The notes under the pieces were generated by a model. That model saw nothing but the letters and a program-made list of their open reading frames with translations, did not search any database and was not told the origin of the DNA. A stretch of 42,640 nt of DNA from Streblomastix strix (taxonomy: Eukaryota), in contig SNRW01000016.1 in assembly GCA_008636045.1 (NCBI GenBank), positions 1-42,640 of the forward strand, in the 5' to 3' direction. Position 1 is the first letter of the stretch. Each line of letters opens with the position of its first letter. Both the position numbers and the translations under genes were made by a program. Positions 13,510 through 24,354 of the stretch are shown in pieces.

Positions 13510-14996
13510 TTTTTTCATTAAGTCTGTAATTCTAATAGTAAATTATTATACATATTGAGATACTGCGTTGGTATTTTTCTTCCATAATTATCATATAAAG
13601 TGAATAAAACAGCTTTGTTTTAGCCTATCATACATTCTTAAGATAGCATATTTTAGCCCGATAATACTGGAGCACCAATACGATTTTACTTGTAACATAC
13701 ATTTGAGAATCCTTAACCTCCTATTCCTTTCAATGTGATACCTTATAACTAGTTAGATACAGAAATTATAAGCATCTGAGGATAATAATGGAAATTACCA
13801 ATGAATGGACATTAAATAGGTGTATCAGCGAATGAACTCTAAGAATCATTCTAAGTTTTATAATTCCATGTTTCTAAGTCAATATATATTACTGATGAAG
13901 CATTATTAACGATAGGATTTGCAGCATTCTCAGATAATCTATCATATAGATCTTATGCACCTGATAATTATATGAATAAATTAGGAGATAGAGTTAATCT
14001 CTTTGGTTACCATAGAATCTATAGACTAGCTTGATAATTCATAGGTGAAAATCGAGTTAAAACATCAGGAATATACTATCCATAATATTAGAGTCTATTA
14101 ACAGTAGTATATATAATATCACAATCATTAGAATTCTAACCAGGAATTGAAGGTATCATTCTTACTGGATATGTATTGATGCTATTAATGATTGATTACA
14201 TATTTGGTGATAAAATATTCATTGGTAAATTTATTACTTCTTATATTGTGTAATCATCATTGATATTATATTATTTTCCATGTAAATATCGTATTTTAAC
14301 TGAATGAACTGATGATGTAGTTAAGAATGGTTCTATAGTTGTTATGAAGTTATTTATCGTAGGGGAATATAAACGAATGATACCAATTAATCTGTAATAA
14401 CAACCATTAGATTATATGAAATACTTATAAAGAGATGAATCTAATCTCAGATTAATATAATTTATTGCAGATGACACTATATCTTAACCATCATTAATAT
14501 TCAATGAGTATTTTCCATCTGATAACTTCTAAATATGCTCATTAGAAGCATTATTAAAGCAAATTGCACCACCATTACTTGTGTTTATCATTCTAAAGTA
14601 TTATTCTTAAGTATCTACGAACTCATCTAGCTATGCTGAAGTAATAACCATTGTTAAGGGAGCAAATTAATATCCATGATAATTCTATTCGTTAGTGAAT
14701 CTATTGTTGATAGCAGTATTGAAGTTGATTTTTATAGTTGGAATCTCATTTATATCTGTTAATTTGTATGTGCCATTAGGATTCATTGATTATTCAAAAT
14801 ATTTCTAATTTGCTGATGATTTTATTTCATGAGCTATCTCTAAGTAATCTTGATTCAAATAGTAAGTAAGATTTATTGGCATGTTATTAAGAGAATTTAC
14901 TTAAAATGACTTTGAACCACTGAGAATTGATGTTTTCCAAGTTACACAATCAGAATCTGAGTCAGAACAGATGATTTATAAGCTAAGTGATGACAT
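13510..14996 (-). pseudogene. Putative minor capsid (penton)-like protein
   Basis: About 490 codons, beta-rich. LSPNLF..LSGAQDLYD, IDLET, ADTPIQCPFIGN..YPQ and GQNMLSQEC are shared with 41805-42530, whose C-terminus has a penton-like FTLYDNFGRKI. Function is inferred. Confidence 0.5.
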
Positions 14997-15016
14997 TTTT
15001 TTAATATCAAAAAAAC

Positions 15017-15286
15017 TCACGAACGTGATTAATCAGCTAAAGTTGAGTAAATATATTATTGTATTCATTTCTCATTAAGATATTAGATTAGTTTTAGTGA
15101 TGCTTATTATCCACTTGTTTCCTAAGCAATACCAATGATTTCTTTGAGTTAATCCATCTTGACGCGCTTATTATACTATCTTAATATGATTCTGAGTTCA
15201 ATTTCAGGATCTGATTTAGTTGCAACACATAATAATGAAATTAAAAAATTAGAATAAACTAGTAATTCTTCTATTGTAATGTGCAT
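15017..15286 (-). pseudogene. Small hypothetical protein
   Basis: MHITIEELLVYSNFLISLLCVATK... about 90 codons with one internal TGA. Confidence 0.3.
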
Positions 15287-15439
15287 TTATTTTAAAAATA
15301 TATAAAAATCGATTAGTTATTAGTATTTTCAATTATATTTACTGTAAAGATTAATTATCTATTCAGCAAGTAATAAGCAAGATGAAATTGTTATTAAGAT
15401 ATCCCAAGTCATTAGTAATTTGATTTACTTTGTTTATAT

Positions 15440-17090
15440 TTAAAATAAAGAAAGTAAAATTCCTTAGAAAGGAAAGAAAGCAAAGAAATCAAGAGATGTT
15501 TAAGCATCTGCTTCGGAAGTATTCCCAGATAATATAGTCAATTAACAAACTATTACCGGTATAAATGATTGGAGAGCAGATATGGAAGCTAAACCGTACA
15601 GAATATATAATAATTAAAAATATAGATCTCCATAAATTGCAAAAATACCAGATATATTAAGAAGTAGACATATAAAATTAAAAAAATTTATGATTATAAA
15701 AGAAGAGGAAAAAATTTAAAAAGAAATCATGCGTATTGATCCTGAAATAACCCCGCATGATGCTTACATTGGAATCCAAGGATTATTGTATGAGGCTCCT
15801 AAGCGTTAAGTCTATGGTGGAGACTTTGCTTACAGCCTATAATAAGATCTGTTAGAAATAAGCATTAGAATCATCAATGAAAGTAAGCTAATACTAGAGA
15901 ATTACATAGACAGTACTCATAGATATACTGAAAACATTAATAGTAGATATAATTAGCCATCTATGGATTTAGGATCTAGAAATCCAGTGATTACAGAAGA
16001 GTAATAATTAAATGAGATACCGGGGTCTCGAAAAGTCCTCGTGTTTTAATTTTCTGGACTGCTAGTAAGCATATATTAAAAATGTATAAAAAAATAAATG
16101 TAATTTATGTACTTCTATGTAAAATCGAAATCAAAATAAATTTTATAATTTTTTTCGCGATCTAACCCTCAAAGTTCAAAATGGAGCTGAGTCCACGTTA
16201 ACTTCATTAGCTTGAGCTCCGGGCAGTCACTAAACATTACTGGATGATTAATAAAAATTCAAATGAGGCACATCACGCCCTTGAATAGCAGTATCCCTAA
16301 AACTGTGTTCAATAGAGGACAGTGGAAGACTGGTACGACAAATTCGAAAATGGTGATTTCTCGATACTGGATAAAGAAAGAATGAATTCAAACAATCTGA
16401 TAGAGCATACGCTAAATTCAAGCTTTTGTAGATGATTGGTGCGCACATTAAACAGAAAAACAGCTCTAAGATGTCATGAGGAATTGGATTACACGATGCG
16501 AAACAATATTTTAATAGCGCGGCGAATATATAGTTTGAATGTACAATAAAATAAAATATATATAATATAGATCTGGAAAATTTTATTTTGCAAGAACTTT
16601 TCGAGACCCCTGTAATGAACGAAAAATCATTATGTTAAAAACAGATTCTGAGTAGATAGCTAAACGATGAATTTTCTAATTAAGAATAACCAACAGATCT
16701 ACTATAATCATCTGTGTTTGATCTACTGCCTGAAATCTCTCTTGCTTAAGAAAAACTCTCTGAAAAATAACACAGATAAATGGAAGCAGATATGATATCT
16801 TCTATGAATCTTAATACAGTCTACGATATTGGTGCTTTAGATTGGGGTAGACCACCAATTAATGAAATTTACGGTAGACATCCATTCGAAACGTATGCTA
16901 CAGGTTATAAATATGATAAATTTGGTAATCCTATAGCATAAATGAAGAAACTAACGTAACCTATCGGTAAGAAATATAATAACATGAAGAAAAACTACAT
17001 TCAAACTTCATAACTAATATAAACTGCTAAAGCTTAGTCTTACTTACATATGAAATTAACTAAGTCGGCTAAAATTGCTAAGAAAAAGTG
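15440..17090 (+). pseudogene. Hypothetical protein with basic termini, interrupted by a mariner insertion
   Basis: Frame KESKIPQKGKKAKK...LNEI/MNEK...KSAKIAKKK-TGA is restored when 16020-16612 plus one TA is removed. Start codon not located. Confidence 0.6.
16020..16612 (+). mobile_element. Internally deleted Tc1/mariner transposon
   Basis: TA at 16018-19 and 16613-14. TIRs C(C/A)GGGGTCTCGAAAAGT. From 16181, MELSP...ELRAVTKHYW...RTVEDWYDKFENGDFSILDKER (mariner N-terminal HTH) is joined to a C-terminal WITRCE...GEYI-like remnant; the catalytic core is missing. Confidence 0.92.
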
Positions 17091-17682
17091 ATCATAAATT
17101 CATTATCATACGTTAATCATAACTAATTTCTATAATCTCATAATAATTTCATCATAAATTATCATTTTTATTGAATAGGAAATTATAACGAAGTTGTAAT
17201 GTAACAAACTTAGCGATTCTTAAGATGAAACACACATTAATTCATAAAGAAAATTATTTTTACACTATCATTTTCAATCTCAAACACTCGTTCATCGGTC
17301 AACTCTCTTTCTTAAACAGTAATCAACGGTCAACTTAAATAATTTTGGTTTATTCAACAATAAATTCGAATGCATACTAACACTTCCATAGCTCATGGTC
17401 AATCATTTCATTTTTATAAACTGAATTGACCTCGAGCATCGAGCACCAAGCGCACCATACTTTTCCAATTTTTTTTCTAAAATCAATTATCACCAAATTT
17501 TCTCATTTTTTTTCATTTTTCATTATTAATAATTATTTTTCTTCAAATTCCATCTTTTTACCATTTTCATCAACATTACCGATATATTTGGTAATATTTC
17601 AAATTTCATTATTTATCCCATTATTTTTCATAAAATACCGCATTTATTTTAATTACCATAAATTTCGTTATAATTTACTACT

Positions 17683-17785
17683 TAGATAGTATTATATTTC
17701 AATATAATAAATTTTAAACAAATTTAAGTGAGTTTATACTAATGTTGGGAATGATTTGATCTAAAAATGGTAATATCTATTATTT
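17683..17785. repeat. Right half of the interrupted satellite unit
   Basis: TAGATAGTATTATATTTCAATATAATAAATTTTAAACAAATTTAAGTGAG...GTTGGGAATGATTTGATC matches 4036-4130 in direct orientation. Confidence 0.9.
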
Positions 17786-18499
17786 TAAGTTTGGTTACGC
17801 AAAAATTTGGAACAAATTAATTGAATAATTCCAATATTTGATTTAATATAAGAGTATTTATACGTTTTAGGGACAAAAAACGATATTAAAGTTCTCATTT
17901 GTTTATTTTTAAATTATAAATGAGTTTTCAATTTCTATAACAATTTTAGTTTTAGATAATCTACTAACTTATATAATTATCCCATATTCATTAGAACAAA
18001 ATCTTTAATCCAAAAGATAATTTCAATCTTAGTGAATTTCTACATAATTTAAATGAATGCCAAATTCGATAATGAGAAATTTGAATTCGAATACGACAAT
18101 TGTAGATTTTCTAACTTCTAATCGAACCAGTTTACTAATATTTAATTATGTTCTATTTGTTTCAAATATTTATCCGAATAATAACTAGATAATAAAGTTA
18201 TTAATACCCGAATAAGAATTAAATTTTGATAAAGTGAAATTTTTTAAAATTTAACTTAAATTCACTAGATAAAATAATTTCAAACACTTAAATAATATGT
18301 TCATTTTTAAACAAATTCAAAAATTAATTATAAAAAATCATAATTTTACAATTTAATGAATTCTAACTTATATTTTTTTTTATTTTTTTCGAAAAATATT
18401 TATTTGTCGAATTCGACAAAGTCAAAATAACCTTAACGAACGAATATACTCAGAAATCACTATGAGCATTAAATTGTTGTTAATTCATATTTATCGATA

Positions 18500-19950
18500 A
18501 TTCCGAGGGGGTAATTGGAGTGAAAAGACTCTGATCTATTCATTGTGAACTCTATTTGTTCCATAATTGTTCTTAGTCCTATGCAATTCTTCTTCCGAAG
18601 GCTGTTTCTGGTGAACCTAGAAAACGTCCATTTGAATATCTCGGTTCATGAGCCTGGTTTTATTGCTGCAGTACTAATGTATGCGGTCTAATCGTGGGTA
18701 GTTGGTTATTATATAAAATTTGTTAATCACTGTTCCAGCTAATGAAGCTAGATTGAAAGGCTGGATGGTTCATTGGGCTTGGTGCTGGTCAAGTTAATTA
18801 GTTTGATTATTAAGTTTATTGAATTTAAAAGGTTGGAAGATTTTATATGAAATAAGGTTGACCTTCGATAATGCTCGGCTGTCTATATGGATATATGCAA
18901 TGGCCTGAAGATAGCTGGGCCTGTTAGAAACGGTCTGGATATGGATGACCTTGAAATTAATTTTTTACTGTGTGCACGCAAAATCCTTGGAAAGGTCGTT
19001 ATATCTATGGTCTTGGTATCAGTTGTCCCGAGTAAAATTGTTATACGATCATGGTTTGTGTTAACGATATCAGCTGCGGAATCTATTGTCTCGGTCAAAT
19101 CGCAGTTGCTGAGTATTGGCCGGCTTGCGTGTTTAATAAGTCCTAACTTCTTTGTTCCAATATCAGTCTCGATGCATGCAATGGATGAATTTCGTGTGAC
19201 TAAATCCCGTTAGAGCCCGGATTAAATTTGAAGGCCACTTATACGCATATCATCATCCGTATCCGGATGCAAGTTGACGTTTCTGCGATGCGAAATAGTG
19301 CAATACTCATGCTTACCAGTTCAATCAATGTGTATTTCGTGCTCGCTTCCAGATCATGTTGGATCGAAAGTATTGTAAGCTTGTACAACATCAGGATTTG
19401 AAATTATTAATTTTGAACGAAAATTCCTATTCGATTGTTCGCTGTGTTGTTTCAAATTTGGTGCGGTATTACTTCAGAGTGTCTTGCTTCTTCTGATGCA
19501 TACAATGTTCGCGCCTTGCAGTCTTATACTTGCGCCTGTACGATTGGATTCGCTCCAAAAATCAATTGCGAACGCGTTCTGTCCGGTGTGGAGCTTCACG
19601 AACTTCAAGATAAAAAATTGTATCTTCTGCATTGGCGGCGTGCTCAGAGCGGGTCCAGCGTCAGCATCGGTCTCTGTAATCTCGCTATCGCTCGCAAATA
19701 CGTTAACATCGTTACTGTTCGAGTTTATGTCGTAAGTCAGAGAAAGTTTATTGTCGTATTGAGAACAGTTTCGTCGAGAAGTTCGATGAACAATGCCTGC
19801 CCATTTTAATCACTTGCTTGCGTCATGGTTCGCTTTCTTATTTTTCAAATGGCCGACTCATACGGATGGGCAGCTCAACGGAGAACCAATTCCCAGCAGC
19901 CTATTTTGTAATCTCAAAATAAAGAGGTGGAGCAAGAATCTCCGAAGGAG
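18500..19950 (-). pseudogene. GC-richer degenerate coding remnant, possibly the gag of another DIRS family
   Basis: GC is above background. A broken frame reads IHPLHASRLILEQRSQDLL followed by a Q/P-rich tail, loosely like the gag at 24337-25462. Confidence 0.3.
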
Positions 19951-19999
19951 ATGTACTACAATAATCTCTATTAGTAGATGGTTTTATTGTTTTGGATAT

Positions 20000-20320
20000 G
20001 GTTAAATTTACTAAATTTATGTGTACTACTCAACATTCGAGAAACATCAAAGTCATCAAGTTTTACAATATTTTGATTAGTCAAGAAAATATTTTCTCCT
20101 TTTAAATCTGTGAGCAAGACCTTAAGATCATGTACATGGTTGAGATCTAAGCTTATTTAAACAAAATAATTCAAGATCTCATCTTCGTTCATCAGTGCGT
20201 GATTTTTTATTATAATTCGGTCAGATAAATTCCTACCTTCAGCATAGTCCATCACAATGTAGAGCATGCCTTTGTCCACAAAGCTCTTTCTATATGAAAT
20301 GATGTTTGGATGTCTGAAAT
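20000..20320 (-). pseudogene. NEK-family protein kinase fragment, catalytically degenerate
   Basis: RHPNIISYRKSFVDKGMLYIVMDYAEGRNL...YFVQISLDLNHVHDLKVLLTDLKGENIFL...VKLDDFDVSR. HRD is LTD and DFG is DFD. Confidence 0.85.
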
Positions 20321-20876
20321 CAACAATCAAATATCTGAGATTATATTTATTTTCTCAAACCTTACTCACAGCTTTACATAATCATTAGTATTCATAAAGA
20401 AAACGAGGAATTAGAAAAACAAAAGACTACAATAATTGACTATGAGATAAATTATAAATATTTATTAAAGAAAATGATTTTATAAATAATTTTAGACAAA
20501 ATCGTTGTATTTGAAAGATTTATTATTTTTTTGATCTGGCTTTTTAATATATCCAGAACATATATAATAAATCTCCATTGTTTATTGAAATATAGTTAAA
20601 CCTGAAATGGGTCGGATCTGACATAACTAATAGCGAGGTTTAAAAATAAAAATTGAGTGATGTGAGTAAAAATAATTTTTGGATCGAGAGATCGAAAACC
20701 TCCCAGTGCGAACATCACTACGCGTCTTATTCGTTTTCCTCGTCTGTTTATATTTCCCCAAGATTCTCCAGTTCTACCGCGTCTTAAGCGTAAGGAGTTG
20801 TGACTCCGGGTTATTGGAGACTATTAAAAAAAATGTATATGTAAGATATTATTGTGTTCGTTTAAAAAAACAAACT

Positions 20877-20986
20877 CAATGGAGATTTATTATATATGTT
20901 CTGGGTTTATTAAAAACCCAATCATAAATTCTGGGTTTTATATAACCCAATCTATTATAATAAATCTCCATTGTTTTTTGGAATAT
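20877..20986. repeat. DIRS internal complementary region (ICR)
   Basis: ~20877-20917 is the reverse complement of 20541-20580. ~20915-20986 is the reverse complement of ~25526-25598. Confidence 0.9.
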
Positions 20987-21020
20987 GTAGTCATTAGAAG
21001 AGGTATGTATTGTTAATGAG

Positions 21021-21261
21021 TTTGGGCATATGAAGTGATAATGTGAAGTGGCCCATGTATAGTTTAGATATATTTTATAGATCTTTGGGCTATTGAAGTG
21101 GATGTATGGTGTTGCCCGTTAAATATTGATATGTTTTGGGCTAATGAAATGTGTTTATGAAAGGGCCCATATACATAACTTATATTTATATTTATATTTA
21201 TATTTATATATATTTGTATTTATTTGTTGGGCATTTGAAATGATATTATGTTGTGGCCCAT
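21021..21261. repeat. Four 36-bp motifs TTGGGC-N3-TGAART-N14-GCCC
   Basis: Copies at 21021, 21084, 21135 and 21226, each with exactly 23 nt between GGGC and GCCC. Confidence 0.85.
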
Positions 21262-21364
21262 ATATTGTTTAATAAATTATATTTGTTGAATGGGACAAAC
21301 GTGCCATATCCAGGCCGTTTTCGAGACATGCCCAACAAATATATTTAAGTTAAGTCTTATAATT

Positions 21365-22400
21365 TCATATATTTAATATTAATTATATAGTTCTCATTGA
21401 ATTCATATACCTCTTTTCGTTCATGATCAGTATAGAAGCGAGATCTCGTTCTACAGGTTTATTATAATAGTTATCGACTACATTAGATGTCATAGCATGT
21501 CGTGTGAATGCATTCACTTCGGCTTATGATGCCCCTACCGCTCTTAATCTTGTCATCATAGCGTGGCGTATAGTAGGTCCAGTGTAAGGTGATGTTATTC
21601 CAGCTCTTCTAATGATTGCTGTTAATTGGTGACTGCAATATTCAGAGCTTGCTGGTAACTGTTTTGTATGATTGTATCATATTTGATCTTCAGAAATTCC
21701 ATCTGTATTTCTTTATTAGATCCATTTTCGTAGTGTTTTAACTGGACAACAAATGCCGCTACGTTCTTCAGATGTAATTGTGTGAATGACTACTTGCTTC
21801 CCTTTGGAAGTTTGGGTTTTGAGAGATATGGAATGCGTATTATCAATCATCTCAGATTGTTTCATAAATACCAGCTCTGTCATACGAGCGGCACAAAAGG
21901 CAACGATCATAGCCATTGCAATTTGTTAAATTTCTTCTGAAGTTGTTGGTGTTTAAGTATTGATGTAACTAAAAAGTATTTGGAGGTTCCATATGGTTGG
22001 AAATCTGGGTTAAGATTAGATTGAAAGAACTTATCCTTTATAGTAGGTTTTAACTAATGAAGAATTATTAATATCATTCATTTGTGAGAATTGAGAGAGC
22101 ACAACTCCGCAGTGCATCTTCATGTTCTTCATTCTCTTTTGGAGTTTTGGTCCTCCGCGATCTTTATGCCATGCCAGTGCATTAACTAGTTCAACATCAG
22201 GTTTATTATCTAGTAATGTAGAAGTGATGATGTTGTTTTATTTCAGATAATTAGCTAGTGGGGTTAATCCAGCTCTTCTTTTTCTCCATGTCTCTGGATT
22301 GATACTAGCAATCAGTTAGTCAATTGCGGTTGAGTCTAGTCTTGTTAGTTCTGCAAGTTCTCTGTATAGCTGCTCACCTTCTTTGTATTTATGTTTACCA
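21365..22400 (-). CDS. DIRS tyrosine recombinase
   Basis: PRFPTIWNL, AFCAARMTEL (catalytic R), CCPVKTL, YTGPTIRHAMM, AFTRH, VVDNYY (catalytic Y). Confidence 0.88.
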
Positions 22401-24354
22401 TTTCTATGATTCCTGGTGGTAGTTTTGAGAGTTCTTTCATTGTCTTTCCTTTAATTAGAACTTGATCTGATGGTCTTAGTGTTACTTAGTTCTGAATTGG
22501 AGTAAGCATTGTTCTATATTTGTATAGGCACCATCTTGGAAGTATTAATACTGTTTCCACTTGATCTCTTATTATCTTCAGAATTACTTTAGGAATGAGA
22601 CCTATGGGAGGATGTAGGAGAAGTAACTCGTTAGTCCATGGAATGTTCAGTGCGTTTCTGGCGATTGCTTTGTTATCTTCTTATGGTGAACAGTACCTTT
22701 TCAATTACTTATTTGTTTTATGGGCGAAGGCGTCCAGCATAGGTTGGAAGTTGATTTGATGAAGTGCTTCATTAAGGAGAATTGGGTTGATCTGATAATC
22801 TCCTATCCATGACAGGCGGCTCAATGCATCTGCAGTCGAGTTCTCCAGCCCAGGAAGATGTTCATTATAAATTATTATATCCAGATTGTTAAGGAGGAGG
22901 AAGATCTCTCTCACAAGATGTAGGATTGTTGATGCTGCCTTCCATTTGCGAATCACAAATTCTGTTGTTGTATTGTCTGTCTTGAGAAGAATACATTTCG
23001 TTTCCCAGTCTGTTAGTGTTTGTTATTGGTTTCTCAGTGAGATTAGAACTGCTGCAAGTTCTCTCTAATTACTAAAATGGAGATGCCAAGAACCTTCCCA
23101 TTGGCCAGCGTCCAATATCTTTTTGTTGGAATGATCTAATATCATGCCCCAGCCATCTTCGCTAGTGTCTGTCGTCAGGGTTATGTTCGGGGTTCGATCT
23201 TTCAATTGCCTTGGTCTATTTTGTTTAATTTTGATTATGATTGTTTATAGGTTACCCAGAATTTGTTTGTTCAACTTCACTGATGCTTCCCATCCACCTT
23301 TGACTACTGCTTTAGTTTTTAGGTTATTCAGAGAGTTCATCCAGAGTGATATTTGAGGAAATTGGAATCGAAGGTAGTTAATGTCTCCAATCAGAGATGC
23401 TAGGCTTCTAGTAGTCACAATTTATCTTTCGTTTGTCATTTGGATCCATGCCTATAATTTTTTCTTCATCTCTCTCCTTCTATTTAGTGTCATTGTTACC
23501 TCCATTGAAGCAGTTTGGAATTACCAACCTAAATATTAGAAAGTCATCTTGGGTATTAAAACACACTTATTAGGTGAGAGGCGCCATCCTAGGTTCTGTA
23601 GGAAGCGAATCACATCTTGTATTGTCTATTTCAAGGAGTCCTTTGAATGATGGATTAAGATTATGTCGTCCATATTGTGTTATATCTTGATTTTCCACTT
23701 TGTTCTAATTGCTCATATAGCTATTGCAAGTGTTTTACTAAATAAGAGTGGGCTTAGGTTCAATCCAAATGCGAGGCCGGTGTATGTGTAGCTTCTATTC
23801 TTAAATTTAAAGCCGAGAAATTGTTGTAAATTGGGTTGAACATGAATATGGTGGAATACATCCTTAATGTCTAGCATTGTTGCATAGTCTGATTGTTGGT
23901 GAATTTGTCTAAACTGTTCTGAACCATCCATTTTGAAGTGAACATGTTTAGTGAAGAAGTTGATCCTTCTGCAATCCAATATTTTCCTCAGTCTTCCATC
24001 CTTTCGAGGGACAATGAATGTTGGGTTGTAAACCTGCATTGAGTTTGTCTCCTTGATTATACCATTTTTGAGCTCTTCGTTCAACTAGTTTTGATACTCC
24101 TGCTCCTAGATTGGGTTACCTTTGATTTTAAGTGGTTGTTTCATTTACTATAGGAGAAGAGATGTTATTGGTGATATCCATTCAGGTTGGGCTCCATTTT
24201 TGATCATTTGTTTGCCTCCGATCTTGTTCCATTCGGTCAATCTCGTCATTAGTCTGTTTGGAACCGGCACATTATTGAGATCTATCATCATTTGAGGCAT
24301 TGTTCCCTCGTTCGCTGTCTGTTACTGTGTTTATTCATTAGTCATCTTCATCAT
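22340..24354 (-). pseudogene. DIRS reverse transcriptase-RNase H-methyltransferase-like polyprotein
   Basis: FIVPRKDGRLRKILDCR, LDIKDVFHHI, LAFGLNLSP, NMDD in place of YMDD, TGA at 23713. RNase H: LTTDTS, NQRELAA, TDNTT, NSTADALSR. MT-like: LDAFA, LHPP. Confidence 0.9.

Larger units (their letters stand above)
4960..17682. mobile_element. Polinton/Maverick-like element 1 (defective)
   Basis: Left end AGTAGGAAATATAACGAAGTTTATGGTAATTAAAATAAAT (4960-4999) is the inverse of 17642-17682 (ending ACTACT). TAGATA flanks both ends (4954-4959, 17683-17688). Encodes pPolB and an rve-type integrase. Confidence 0.85.

Noticed and set aside
4036..17785. LTR-like direct repeats flanking element 1
   Set aside because: The right-hand copy is explained as the remainder of a satellite unit split at the TAGATA TSD.
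20700..20760. Hammerhead ribozyme on the minus strand (CAGACGAG...CGAAT)
   Set aside because: Both core motifs deviate from CUGANGA and GAAA, and I could not build convincing stems I and III.
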